A stretch of 64,000 nt of DNA from Thermoproteota archaeon (GTDB taxonomy: Archaea > Korarchaeota > Korarchaeia > Korarchaeales > Korarchaeaceae): contig JAOZFN010000011.1 of the NCBI GenBank assembly GCA_027492205.1, positions 32,001 to 96,000 of the forward strand, read 5' to 3'. Under the pieces are notes generated by a model. That model ran no database searches. It saw only the letters and a list, made by a program, of their open reading frames with translations, and had not been told where the DNA came from. This document shows positions 1 to 9,835 of this stretch, one piece after another (within the stretch, counting starts at the first letter, position 1; each line of letters opens with the position of its first letter). The position numbers were made by a program, and so were the translations under genes.

Positions 1-643
1 AGGCGGGCCAGGCCCCGTTCAGAACGCCTCAACCCTGACCCCCCTCGAATCGGCGTAGCCGGCGACGCCTCGCGGGATCAAGGCCCCCGGAGGGGGAAAT
101 ATGATCTTCACCCCCCTTCAGGGACCAGACTTCGTCCGGCAGGTCGTCCACGTCCCACCTGCTCGGCCTTACCTTCGCGTCAACGCGAAGGTCTCCCCGT
201 CCACCCGGCGACCCCCCGAGGCCCCCCGTCCCCCTCCAGGGGGGGTTCCATGGGCCCTTCCTCAGGGAGACATTGCTCAATTCCCTCGTATCCCCCCTTT
301 CAAGCCAACTTCGTCGGATCCCGGTTAGAAAAGTTGCATTTGCGTGCAGTCCCGGGGGGCGGGTAGGCTGACGCTTCTGATGAGAAGTCTCTTCCGGCGA
401 TCATGGAGCCAAGGTCGCTCTGCTCAGCCTAAATTTCACGGCGGACGCCGCCGAGGTTCCTGGAGATCGCTAGAGACTCCGCAATCGGACGATCTCCAGA
501 GCCGCCTCTCCAGGCCCACGGCCGGAGGGGCCTCCCTGTGGGACATGCTGGGATCGCCGGTCGATTATCTGAGTGGGAGTTCGACGGGCCGACCCCCCGG
601 CGGCTGAGCCCACGGGGAGGCCCGAGAATGCAGGGATGCCGAC

Positions 644-2824
644 GTGCCAACCCCAACTTTATTAGGGAATCTCTGGACGCACCCCCCCAGCTGGGTGAGT
701 CCTCGGTTGTCTCTTAACAAACCTATCCTGGCCTTTTTCCTGGTTATCGGCCTCCTCCTGTCTCTATTCCTCACGTCGTCCAGTGCCCAACCCAGAGAAC
801 TCGAGTGGAATCACGTCTGGGGCGGATCCGAACTCGACGTAGCCAGGGCCGTCACTATGGCCCCGGACGGCACGGTCCTCATTGCTGGCGGGACTGAAAG
901 CTTCGGCCCGCCCGGAGGTGGGGATGGGGACGCCTTCGTCGCCACCTTCAGCTGGGCCACCGGCCACTACACCGGAGGTGGAACCTGGGGGGGTCCGGGC
1001 TACGAGTATGCTTGGGGTGTAGCGACCCCCTGGAACACGTTCAGCAACTTCTACCTGTCGGGCAACACGAACAGCTTCGGCTCCACATATGACGCCTTCC
1101 TCGCGAGATTCGGCTCGGATGGGGCTCACTTCTGGAGCAAGACCTGGGACGGCGGCGACTACGACGGCTCTTGGGACGTCGCCGTCGACCCCAACGGGTA
1201 CATCTACATAGTCGGAGAGACCCACGGCCTCGGGGAGGGATTCGCCGACGCGTTCCTGGCCAAGTTCAGCGAGAGCGGAGCTCATATATGGAGCAGGACC
1301 TGGGGAGGGGTCAGCTACGATTCCGCCAACGCAGTCACCACCGACGCGAGCGGGAACGTCTACGTGGTCGGGTCCACGGGGAGCTTCAACCCGGAGGGGA
1401 AACTCGATGTCTTCGTCCTCAAGTTCAGCTCATCCGGGGGCCTGCTCTGGTCGCTGGTGTGGGGGCTCGAGATGGACGACACCGCCTGGGACGTGGAGTG
1501 GTATGACGGCGTAGTCTACGTGTCCGGGTTCATGAAAAGGCTCCACGGCTATCCCTCGGGGTCCGTCACCGATGACTCCTTTGTGATAGCCCTAGACGAC
1601 TCGAATGGGAACGTCCTCTGGGCCAGGGGGCTGACCGGGGCGGATAGAGGCGTGGGCTCCTCAAGGAGCTTCGCGGTATCTGTCGACGAAGGAGGGGTGG
1701 CCGTCGTGACCCAAGAGTCTAGTGGCCTCAGTCACGTCTACGTGTTCGACAGGCCCTCGGGCCGCCTCCTCTGGGCCAGGAGCATAATACCCGGGCTGGG
1801 GACCAACATATACGCGAGAGCGTACGCCGCCACCTTCAAGTACGGGAAGATCGTGGTCGCGGGCACGGCAAACACGGAATCACAGTATATTTGGCCAGCC
1901 TATCTGTCGCTCTCCTGGCTCAGCGGTGACGTCCAGAGGAGCGTGGGCGCCGTGCACGACGTCACCTCCCAGGTGACGGTCCAGGACGTGACGTCTCAGG
2001 TCACCCTCGGAGATCCCCCCAACCCCGTGGACAGCGGGGGAGAGGAGGCAGGGGGCGCCTTCATCATGTCCATCGACTCCTGGACGGCCGAGGAAGCGCT
2101 GGCCAACGTGGACGCCTGGGCCGACTGGACCGGGACCGATGCCTACAAGCAGGTCGCCGTGGTCGTCGGGGCCCCGGTGAACAGGCCCGACAAGGTCGAG
2201 GGACCCTACAAGCAGTGCAGGACCACGGCGGTGGCTGGCGCCATGTCGATAGCCGGGGCCCTGGGCGCCAGGGATAGCTTCTTGGACGACGAGGCGGTGG
2301 AGTACGACCCTGCGGCCGACGAGGTGAACTGGATCGGGGACTTCGTCGACCACTACGGGAGGGTCGCGGCCGTGGGCGGGCCGATAGTCCACATGATCGT
2401 GGACAAGTACATGGACCAGTCAGTGTTCCCGTTCTCCTCGGTGACTGAGGGCGGGCACGAGCTGTACCAGATTACGGTGAACGAGAACGGCATAGCAAGG
2501 GTGTACCTGAACCGCACAGACAAGTACATGTACATAGAGTACGAGGACGGGAGCCTGGACAAGGTCGGCAAGGTGGGGGAGGCGGACTTCGCGGTCGTGG
2601 AGATGTTCCACGACTCGGACGCGGAAAAGTGGGTTCTCACAGGCTACGGGATAACGAAGTACGGGTCCCTGGCGTCGGGCAGGTGGCTCGGATCGATAGT
2701 CGGGTTTACCTACTTCTACACCTTTGACGCGAAGGCCGTCGTCCTCCTCTGGGAGGACAGCAACGGAGACGGGATGGTCCAGTCCGCGGAGGTCAACGTC
2801 CTGGCCCGGGGCTACGGACCCTGA
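644..2824 (+). CDS. Secreted/surface protein with beta-propeller (SBBP-like) repeats and an S-layer-like C-terminal domain
   Basis: Hydrophobic signal peptide; repeated W-x-x-T-W-G-G...D-x-x-G-N-x-Y-x-x-G-x-T-x-S-F-G...D-A-F-L-x-K-F units; C-terminal VGGP...GITKYGS segment. True start may be slightly downstream. Confidence 0.75.
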   Translation: MPTPTLLGNLWTHPPSWVSPRLSLNKPILAFFLVIGLLLSLFLTSSSAQPRELEWNHVWGGSELDVARAVTMAPDGTVLIAGGTESFGPPGGGDGDAFVATFSWATGHYTGGGTWGGPGYEYAWGVATPWNTFSNFYLSGNTNSFGSTYDAFLARFGSDGAHFWSKTWDGGDYDGSWDVAVDPNGYIYIVGETHGLGEGFADAFLAKFSESGAHIWSRTWGGVSYDSANAVTTDASGNVYVVGSTGSFNPEGKLDVFVLKFSSSGGLLWSLVWGLEMDDTAWDVEWYDGVVYVSGFMKRLHGYPSGSVTDDSFVIALDDSNGNVLWARGLTGADRGVGSSRSFAVSVDEGGVAVVTQESSGLSHVYVFDRPSGRLLWARSIIPGLGTNIYARAYAATFKYGKIVVAGTANTESQYIWPAYLSLSWLSGDVQRSVGAVHDVTSQVTVQDVTSQVTLGDPPNPVDSGGEEAGGAFIMSIDSWTAEEALANVDAWADWTGTDAYKQVAVVVGAPVNRPDKVEGPYKQCRTTAVAGAMSIAGALGARDSFLDDEAVEYDPAADEVNWIGDFVDHYGRVAAVGGPIVHMIVDKYMDQSVFPFSSVTEGGHELYQITVNENGIARVYLNRTDKYMYIEYEDGSLDKVGKVGEADFAVVEMFHDSDAEKWVLTGYGITKYGSLASGRWLGSIVGFTYFYTFDAKAVVLLWEDSNGDGMVQSAEVNVLARGYGP

Positions 2825-3339
2825 GCCGGGACGGCCCCTCACTTTTTCGGTGGCCTGCGCGGGCGCGAGACTCGCCGCCCAGCCTCAGGCGACGATCCAG
2901 AACGGGCCGCCGGGCGCGGGTGACCCATGCTGCCCTCGTCGACCGCGGGGGGCGTCTCTAGACCCCTCGTGACCCCTGCCTCGGGGGCTGCAACCACGCG
3001 ACTGGTCGGTGCGGAGGGTACACGGCCGGGGGATTCGCGCCCACATTCGGGGATGCGGGCGCAGGATGGGGAAGCGTGCGCGCTTGTTCTGGGCCGGCCC
3101 ACCCTGCCGGCCGCGGGCGCGGGGTGTGCGGGAGCGCCCGGGACTGCCGGGTCGGGTAGGCTCTCCGCATCTCGTCCCCGGTGTGGGCGTGTTAACGGTT
3201 GTCTGCGGGGTTCACAGGGGCGGTCTCCTAGTTCGCTCTGAACAACGTCAGAAGAGCCCTGTCGCGTCGACCCTGCGGCCCCCCGCACACCCGAGCACAG
3301 GCCCCGGTCGATCGGGTTATTACTTTCCCACCCCGGCGC

Positions 3340-4461
3340 TTGCCCGTGCTCATCCGAGGCGTGGAGGTACTTCACGTGGCCATGAGACTGGTGGAGCCCT
3401 TCGAGACGAGCCTCGGGGTCGAGAGCGTGCGGCACACCATCCTGATCAGGGTGGAGGAGAGGGGCGGCGAGGTGGGATGGGGCGAGGCGCCGGTGTCCGT
3501 CGGTCCGTGGTACAGCCCCGAGACTGTGTCCACGGCGTGGCACGTATTGAGGGACTTCCTGATCCCCCCCGTCGTTGGCTCGGAGGTCGATGGGCCGGAG
3601 GACTTCCTCGAGAGGATCTCTAGGGTGAGGGGGCACAGGATGGCGAGGGCCGGGCTAGAGTTCGCTCTCTGGGATCTGAAGGCCAAGCTCGAGGGTAAGT
3701 CCCTGAGCGATGTGATAGGGGGTACCAAGGAGAGGGTTCAGGTGGGCGTCAGCGTGGGCATCCAGCCAGGGGTAGAGGAGACCCTAAGGGTGGTGGAATC
3801 CTACCTCGATAAGGGCTACAGGCGGGTGAAGCTTAAGATAAGGCCTGGGTGGGATAGGCAGCCCGCTCAGGCCGTCAGGGAGGCGCATCCCGAACTGAAG
3901 CTAATGGTGGATGCAAACGGCGCCTACACGCTCGCCGGCATCGAGAGGCTGAGGGCCCTGGACGACCTGGGCCTCATGATGATCGAGCAGCCCCTGAGAC
4001 CCAGGAACCTACTGGCTCACGCCGGGCTGGCAAGGCACCTCGAGACCCCCCTCTGCCTTGACGAGAGCGTGGAGAGCGTCGACGACGCGGTTGAGGCCCT
4101 CCAGCTGGACTCGGCCCTTGTACTGAACCTCAAGCCCGCCAGGGTTGGGGGGCTGCTGGAGTCGCTGAGGATACACGACCTGTGGGCCGCCTCCGCCGGG
4201 AGACCACTCTGGATTGGGGGTCTGCTCGAGACCGGGATAGGCAGGGCGTTCTTGGTCGCCGCCGCCTCCCTCCCGGGCGTGACGATGCCCTCGGACATAT
4301 CGGCCAGCGACAGGTACTACGAGGAGGACCTGGTGGAGCCGCCATGGACCCTCAACGAGGACGGGACGCTGAGCGTGCCCAGAGGGCCGGGCATAGGGGT
4401 GGAAGTCCTGGATGACAGGGTGGAGAAGTACACCGTGAGGAGGGATGAGATACGGGTGTGA
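3340..4461 (+). CDS. menC: o-succinylbenzoate synthase / N-acylamino acid racemase (enolase superfamily)
   Basis: PFETS N-terminus, KxK (VKLKI), DAN, EQP, DES metal ligands, downstream Lys (NLKPARVGG), ETGIGRA, PGIG C-terminus. Confidence 0.9.
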   Translation: MPVLIRGVEVLHVAMRLVEPFETSLGVESVRHTILIRVEERGGEVGWGEAPVSVGPWYSPETVSTAWHVLRDFLIPPVVGSEVDGPEDFLERISRVRGHRMARAGLEFALWDLKAKLEGKSLSDVIGGTKERVQVGVSVGIQPGVEETLRVVESYLDKGYRRVKLKIRPGWDRQPAQAVREAHPELKLMVDANGAYTLAGIERLRALDDLGLMMIEQPLRPRNLLAHAGLARHLETPLCLDESVESVDDAVEALQLDSALVLNLKPARVGGLLESLRIHDLWAASAGRPLWIGGLLETGIGRAFLVAAASLPGVTMPSDISASDRYYEEDLVEPPWTLNEDGTLSVPRGPGIGVEVLDDRVEKYTVRRDEIRV

Positions 4462-5417
4462 TCCCGACCCGCAGGCTCTGCCTGGTCCTGGGGGACGAAC
4501 TGAAGCTGTACTCCTTCCCGGAGCCGCACCCGTTCAGGTCGGACAGGTACGAGGCCTTCCTCAGTCGCCTCAGGGGGGAGGGCCTGGACACCCACCCGGG
4601 GGTGACGGTCTGCGGGCCGAGGATGGCGTCGAGGGACGAGGTGGAACTCTTCCACGATCCCGACTACGTGGAGTTCGTGGCCCGGATGTCCGAGGGAGGG
4701 GTCGGCTACCTGGACTACGGCGATACGCCAGCGTTTCCGGGCGTGTACGAGGCCTCGCTGTGGGTCGTTGGAGCCACGCTCAGGGCCCTTGAGGCCGTGC
4801 TGAGTGGGGAGAGCCTGAGGGGCTTCAACCCCATTGGCGGGCTCCACCACGCCCGCAGGGATCGAGCGGCCGGCTTCTGCGTATTCAACGACGTGGGTGT
4901 CGCCTTGGAGTTTGCCCTCCGGGCTGGCGTGGAGAGGATCCTCTACGTCGACATGGACGCCCACCACGGAGACGGGGTGTTCTACGGGTTCTACGCCGAC
5001 CCGAAGGTCTGGATCTTCGACGTTCACGAGGACGGGAGGTACCTATACCCTGGCACAGGGTTCAGGCACGAGGTCGGGGAGGGCGAGGCCAGGGGGACGA
5101 AGCTAAACGTCCCGCTTCCGCCCGGAGCCGGGGACGACGAACTCGCGGAGGCAGCTGGGAAGTTGGCCGAGTTCGCCGACAGGGCGGATCCCGAGTTCGT
5201 GGTTCTTCAGGCGGGCGCGGACGGGCTGGCGGTGGATCCGCTGACGCATCTGTCCTACACAACGTCGGGTTACCTAAAGTTCGTCGATGAGGTCGTTAAG
5301 GTCGCCGAAAAGCACGCGAGAGGTCGAATCCTCGCGGTTGGGGGTGGGGGATATAGAAGAGAGGCCCTAGCGTCAGCCTGGGTGGGGCTCCTAAGGAGGC
5401 TCTTGGGGCGAACCTGA
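4458..5417 (+). CDS. Histone deacetylase-family amidohydrolase (AcuC-like)
   Basis: HP..R, GGLHHA, GFC, DMDAHHGDG, YPGTG, GADG..DP, GGGGY motifs; GTGA overlap with the upstream gene. Confidence 0.92.
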   Translation: MIPTRRLCLVLGDELKLYSFPEPHPFRSDRYEAFLSRLRGEGLDTHPGVTVCGPRMASRDEVELFHDPDYVEFVARMSEGGVGYLDYGDTPAFPGVYEASLWVVGATLRALEAVLSGESLRGFNPIGGLHHARRDRAAGFCVFNDVGVALEFALRAGVERILYVDMDAHHGDGVFYGFYADPKVWIFDVHEDGRYLYPGTGFRHEVGEGEARGTKLNVPLPPGAGDDELAEAAGKLAEFADRADPEFVVLQAGADGLAVDPLTHLSYTTSGYLKFVDEVVKVAEKHARGRILAVGGGGYRREALASAWVGLLRRLLGRT

Positions 5418-5534
5418 TCGGAGATCTATCCCGGGAGGAGGGGTCACTCAAGGCGCGGGTTTGATAGAGCCTCCAACCAACCCGGGCGCGGCACAAGGAT
5501 TTTTTTAGTTTCCGCCGGGGGCCCCCGGCGGAAA

Positions 5535-5930
5535 ATGCGTCCGCTCATGGCGCTCGCCGGGCTCATCCTATTGGTGTCCTCCCTCTTCCTGCTCTCTTTA
5601 AGCAAACAAACAACCCTCCCGGCCCTTCAAACGAGTCGGAACGAGTTGGTCGAGAAGTTCCTCGCGTCGAGCTCCAAGGTTCCGCTCGCCCTGGGCGCCC
5701 TGGGTGCGGCCGCATTCTTCGCGGGGGCCGCCCTCCCCTCGCCCGAGGAGCCAGGCGCCCGTAGGGGACTCGACCCCGAGTTCATATCTTTCATGGAGGA
5801 GATGAGGGCCCTGAGGTCACGGCTGGAGGGGGGCCTCATATCCCAGGAGGAGTTCAACAGGCTCAGGGCCGAGGTTTATCAGAGGCACAGGGCGCTGTTT
5901 CAGAGGTACTTGGGCAAGAGGTCGAGGTAG
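5535..5930 (+). CDS. Small membrane protein with SHOCT-like C-terminus
   Basis: Two hydrophobic helices; C-terminal LEGGLISQEEFNRLR resembles a SHOCT motif. Confidence 0.6.
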   Translation: MRPLMALAGLILLVSSLFLLSLSKQTTLPALQTSRNELVEKFLASSSKVPLALGALGAAAFFAGAALPSPEEPGARRGLDPEFISFMEEMRALRSRLEGGLISQEEFNRLRAEVYQRHRALFQRYLGKRSR

Positions 5931-5991
5931 GCCCAGGGAAGTGGGGGACTTGGAATACCTTTTTGGCGTGGCGGGCGGTGGATGACCACGA

Positions 5992-6678
5992 ATGTCGTCT
6001 GACTCCACAGGGCCTGACCTAAGCCTGACGCTCGCGGTGCTCGACAAGAGGATCGACGACCTCGAATCGAGGCTGGCCTCCTTGGAAAATACGATATCCA
6101 GGCTGAGGGACGAAGAGGCCTCGATATCAGATAGGGTGGACCGCCTCGTCAGGAGGGTTCTCGAGGGCACGGTGATCCTGGCCGCCATGGTGATCGCGTC
6201 GATGATGCTGCTCCCGTCCGGGAGGGTGGCCCCGTGGGTGCAGCGTGCCCTGACCATGGCCGCCCTGGGAGGGGCGGTTGTCCTGTGGGCCATCCTGAGG
6301 TTGGGCTCCTCCAGGCTCGAGCGGCGGAGAGTGGAACTCGATAAGGAGATATCCAAGAGGGCCCTCCAGCTGGAGGACTTGGAGGCGGAGGCCCGGGCGC
6401 TCGGCAGGGTCAGGACGGCCCTGGCGATAGCCCACGGGGGAGATGTGGTCAGGGCCTACGAGGAGCTCTCCAACGTCGTCCTGAGGATGCCCTCGAGCAG
6501 CGAGGCCCTGGAGGCTATTCTGATCGGCCTCAAGGCCCTCGCAGAGGGGGCCCCGAGGGATTACGCCGTGAGGCTATCCGCCGGCCTCGAGAGGAGGGCC
6601 TGGGAGCAGCCCCAAGACTCCTGGGAGAGGGCCGCCCTGCTGGCCATCGCCGACGCGCTGACCGCCAAGGCGAGGTGA
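5992..6678 (+). CDS. Hypothetical coiled-coil membrane protein
   Basis: Coiled-coil N-terminus, two TM helices, helical C-terminus; genome-typical codon usage. Confidence 0.6.
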   Translation: MSSDSTGPDLSLTLAVLDKRIDDLESRLASLENTISRLRDEEASISDRVDRLVRRVLEGTVILAAMVIASMMLLPSGRVAPWVQRALTMAALGGAVVLWAILRLGSSRLERRRVELDKEISKRALQLEDLEAEARALGRVRTALAIAHGGDVVRAYEELSNVVLRMPSSSEALEAILIGLKALAEGAPRDYAVRLSAGLERRAWEQPQDSWERAALLAIADALTAKAR

Positions 6679-6695
6679 CGCCCCGCGGGGCTCTA

Positions 6696-7358
6696 TCACC
6701 CGCTCAACTCGCCCGATAAGACTCTCTTCAGGAGGGCTAGGGCCCCCGCGACGGCCCCCAACTCCGCGAGCACGTGATCTCCAGACGTGCCTATGATGAT
6801 GGCGTCTCCTGGCTTCGCCTCCAATTCCCTGGCTATCTCCCTGGCCCTCCTCTGGAGCTCCCCGGGGCACCTGACGCCGCCAGGAAAGTAGACGGCATCC
6901 CCCTTCGGGATTAGAACTGTAGCCCCGTCCGCACCCGCCCTGAAGGCGGCGTCTCGAATTCCCAGCCCAGTGGTCACACCTCGGGCGCCCCCCTTGACCA
7001 GCACCGCGGCGTCCCTCGAACTTACCGTGAGGCCACCCGCCCTCACCCTCAGGGGCCCCCTCAGGTGCCTCCTGAGGGACTTGAGCAGCACCTCCCCCCC
7101 GGTTGTCAGGCCCCAGCCGGCCCTCGAACTCTCGGCAAATCCACCGGCCTCGAGCCTCTTGAGCAAACTCCTGACGCTGCCCTCCCCCAGCCCTAGTTCG
7201 GAGGCCAGGGCTCTCCTCCCGATTCTCCTCTTCTCCCCCAGCTTGATCAGCGCGAGCAGGACGTGTTCTAGTCTAAACCTGGCCTCTGGACCGGGTTTCG
7301 GCTCAATCAATGCTTCCAGAGTGGAGAAGGGCTCTGTCAGGGCTGAGGTCCCACCCAT
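6696..7358 (-). CDS. DUF4443-family wHTH transcriptional regulator
   Basis: N-terminal IGRRALASELGLGEGSVRSLLKRL HTH; C-terminal RDAAFRAGADGATVL typical of archaeal DUF4443 proteins. Confidence 0.8.
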   Translation of the reverse strand: MGGTSALTEPFSTLEALIEPKPGPEARFRLEHVLLALIKLGEKRRIGRRALASELGLGEGSVRSLLKRLEAGGFAESSRAGWGLTTGGEVLLKSLRRHLRGPLRVRAGGLTVSSRDAAVLVKGGARGVTTGLGIRDAAFRAGADGATVLIPKGDAVYFPGGVRCPGELQRRAREIARELEAKPGDAIIIGTSGDHVLAELGAVAGALALLKRVLSGELSG

Positions 7359-7382
7359 TGTCTCGCGGTTGGCTCTCTGAAG

Positions 7383-7417
7383 AAACTTAATATGAATATG
7401 GATGGATTATCCATCCA
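7383..7417 (+). promoter_or_regulatory. TATA-like box followed by a perfect palindromic operator
   Basis: AAACTTAATA (7383-7392) then TGGATGGA-TTA-TCCATCCA (7399-7417), 9 bp before the ATG at 7427. Confidence 0.75.
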
Positions 7418-7426
7418 GGATAACCC

Positions 7427-7894
7427 ATGGAGAGGTGGATCGCCGTCTCAGTCCTCCTCATGATCTGGGCGGTTTCGGCCTCCATGCTGGCGATCTACTA
7501 CCGATCAGAGATAACCACCCTGAACCAACGGCTGAGCGCCACGGTCGGAGGGGAAAGCGAGTACGTGACCGTCAACCTCGGGATAGGGGTCCAGGGAGGC
7601 GACGTCACGTGGTACAACGGGACCCGTGTGAAGAGGGGGTCGACGCTCCTCGACGTTACCTCGCAGGTGGCCGACGTGAACTACACCGTCTACCCTGGGA
7701 TGGGGGCGTTCGTTCAGTCGATAAACGGGGTCGCCAACAGCGACCCGTACTACTGGATGTGGTGGACCTGGACCGACTGGGGGGGCTGGCAGGAGGGCCC
7801 GGTCGCCGCAGACAGGTACGTCGTGGCGGACGGCGAGACGCTCTTCTGGTACTTCGAGGACGCCTCACAGAGCCCGCTTCCGACCCCACCCTGA
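7427..7894 (+). CDS. DUF4430 domain protein (transcobalamin C-terminal-like, probable corrinoid-binding), membrane anchored
   Basis: N-terminal TM; G.FV.SINGV....YW..W.......G...AD.Y....GE...W.Y pattern. Confidence 0.85.
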   Translation: MERWIAVSVLLMIWAVSASMLAIYYRSEITTLNQRLSATVGGESEYVTVNLGIGVQGGDVTWYNGTRVKRGSTLLDVTSQVADVNYTVYPGMGAFVQSINGVANSDPYYWMWWTWTDWGGWQEGPVAADRYVVADGETLFWYFEDASQSPLPTPP

Positions 7895-7909
7895 GGCGGT
7901 GAGGGCCGG

Positions 7910-8461
7910 GTGAGGGTCGGGACGCCGAGCCGGAGGGCGGCCGTGATAGGGCTGCTCTCCGCCCTCGCCATCGCCACCAACTACGCCATGATCGGCATCC
8001 CGAACGTAAAGCTCATGGACTCGATCGTCTTCCTTGCGGGCATGGGCCTCGGGTTCGCGGACGGGGCGGCGGTGGCGACCCTCACCTGGCTCGTCTACGG
8101 CTTTCTCAACCCGTACGGGTTCGTCCCGACGATCTGGCTCGCGACGACGCTGGGCGAGTGGCTGTTCGCGCTCGCGGGCAGCCTATCGAGGGCCCTGCCC
8201 GGCGGGAGGAGGGTCCCGGCCCTGGCAGTCCTCGGGTTCGCCACCACCCTCGCCTACGACCTGATCACCAACGCCGCCTTCGCCACAACATTCGGCCTCC
8301 CGGTCTGGACGGCCCTCGTAGCCGGGGTCCCCTTCGCACTCCTGCACGAGCTGACCAACGCCGCGGCCTTTTCCATCTTGGTTCCCAGGGCGGAGGCAGC
8401 GGTCGGGGCGCTACTCAAACTCATGGTCGAGGGTAGGCCCGTCAAGGCTGGCCGATTATGA
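7910..8461 (+). CDS. ECF transporter S-component (CbrT-like, probable cobalamin)
   Basis: About 6 TM helices; IPNVKL, Y....NP.G, YDLITN, G.PF..LH..TN motifs. Confidence 0.8.
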   Translation: MRVGTPSRRAAVIGLLSALAIATNYAMIGIPNVKLMDSIVFLAGMGLGFADGAAVATLTWLVYGFLNPYGFVPTIWLATTLGEWLFALAGSLSRALPGGRRVPALAVLGFATTLAYDLITNAAFATTFGLPVWTALVAGVPFALLHELTNAAAFSILVPRAEAAVGALLKLMVEGRPVKAGRL

Positions 8462-8777
8462 ACCTCGGGGGCTCGATCCACTCGTTCCCGCACTTCGGAC
8501 ATCTGCTTGGTTTTCTGGGCTTCTTAAGGCTCTTGAAGACGTAGCCGCACTTCCTGCAGTATGGGGGCTCCATGAGGAGCATCAGGGAGCCGCCGTACGT
8601 CCTGTTCAGCGTCTTCGCCACGTGTTCCAAGTGGGCGTAGACAGACCTAACCTCTCCGGGCGGCAGGCCGAGCTCCCGGGCGATCTCCGCAGCAGACATG
8701 GGGTACTCCGCGGAGGAGAGGAGCCTCACGATCCGCTGCCGTATCGTCCCCTCCTCGGGGTCCGTCACTCCGTTCAC
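8442..8777 (-). CDS. HTH + Zn-ribbon transcriptional regulator (COG3357-like)
   Basis: T.RQRI..LL, HLEHVAKTL, PPYCRKCGYVF...KPSRCPKC..EWIEPPRF; start placed at the GTG overlapping the upstream stop (GTGA). Confidence 0.85.
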   Translation of the reverse strand: MNGVTDPEEGTIRQRIVRLLSSAEYPMSAAEIARELGLPPGEVRSVYAHLEHVAKTLNRTYGGSLMLLMEPPYCRKCGYVFKSLKKPRKPSRCPKCGNEWIEPPRFIIGQP

Positions 8778-9793
8778 CCCCAGGAGAAGCTCACGAGGGA
8801 CATGACTGAGAGAGGCCCTCCGGGCTGGTAGTCGATCACCTCGACGATTCCCGTTATGGGGACGTCGGGGCTCACCCACACGGCTCCGGTCTGTCGGGCG
8901 AACTTCGCGCAGAGGAACCTCCCGGCCGGCACCTCCCTGTACTCGGCGGTGGCCCTCCCCAAGACCCTCGGGATCTCCTGCTCAGAGAGGTTGGGGGGCT
9001 CCCAGAGCCGGCAGGACAGGTTTGAGGAGAAGCTCTCCACCCCCGCGCCGCTGATGGAGGCGTAGGTACACACCGTCCCATTGGAGAGGTAGTAGGCGAC
9101 GCTGGTGGCGTTGGACTGGGGAGCGTACACGTTCACGGCGCTCTGGACTATGACGGTCGCCGGGACGTCTCTCAGGCTGCCGGAGGAGACCCTGTAGAGC
9201 ATGTAGCCGGTGACGTTGTCCCCGTAAGGTGAGATTATCGTGGTCGAGTAGTTCGCGTACTGCCCAGGGGATAGGCCCCTGGCCTCCAGGCTCGTCATGA
9301 CCGCGGTAATGGGTGAACCCGGAAAGCCGGAGACCGCGTACAGCTTGGCGGCGAGGAGGGTCTCGTTCCTGGTCTGACCGGCTATCACCACCGCGGTCCG
9401 GTTGCCCCAGTATCCCAGGTAGACTAGGATGGCCCCGGGCACCTGCCTGAGCCAGTCCTCGTCGCTGTCGTTGAGTACCATGGCAGAGATCTCCCCAATA
9501 CCCTCGTAGGCGTCGGGCCCACCCAGGATCACGGGGAACCGGTCCCCCACCTCACCCGCACTATCGGGGGAGAGCAACTCGACGTCAACGCCGACCCTCT
9601 GGAGGCTCTCCACTATCACCTGGGCCGCCTGGGCGTCGTAGGAGTTGGCGATCACGGCAACTCCCCCGATCGAACCCTCGGCGGCCAGGACCGAGGATAC
9701 GCCGGGGATCGGCGCAGCGAGCACGAGAGTCAGAATCAGCGCGCAGAGAGAGGACGTCTTGAGCCTCTTCACCACCGGCGACCCCGACCCCAA
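8774..9793 (-). CDS. Secreted protein with S-layer/cell-wall-binding-like alpha/beta domain
   Basis: Signal peptide; VIANSYD...ILGGPDAY...IAGQTRNET motif. Confidence 0.65.
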   Translation of the reverse strand: MGSGSPVVKRLKTSSLCALILTLVLAAPIPGVSSVLAAEGSIGGVAVIANSYDAQAAQVIVESLQRVGVDVELLSPDSAGEVGDRFPVILGGPDAYEGIGEISAMVLNDSDEDWLRQVPGAILVYLGYWGNRTAVVIAGQTRNETLLAAKLYAVSGFPGSPITAVMTSLEARGLSPGQYANYSTTIISPYGDNVTGYMLYRVSSGSLRDVPATVIVQSAVNVYAPQSNATSVAYYLSNGTVCTYASISGAGVESFSSNLSCRLWEPPNLSEQEIPRVLGRATAEYREVPAGRFLCAKFARQTGAVWVSPDVPITGIVEVIDYQPGGPLSVMSLVSFSWG

Positions 9794-9835
9794 GGAGATT
9801 TAAGGTTCCCTCGTCCCCAGCCCGCGGGCGGCCGA

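Noticed and set aside
1-640. Short ORFs at the window start
   Set aside because: Low-complexity Pro/Arg/Gly translations with no recognisable motifs; cannot be supported.
2830-3339. Long GC-rich intergenic region as a possible RNase P, SRP or other ncRNA
   Set aside because: I could not find RNase P or SRP consensus motifs on either strand; overlapping ORFs have non-protein-like composition.
7359-7426. Cobalamin riboswitch upstream of the DUF4430/ECF genes
   Set aside because: The intergenic region is only 68 bp and lacks a B12 box; the palindrome fits a protein operator better.
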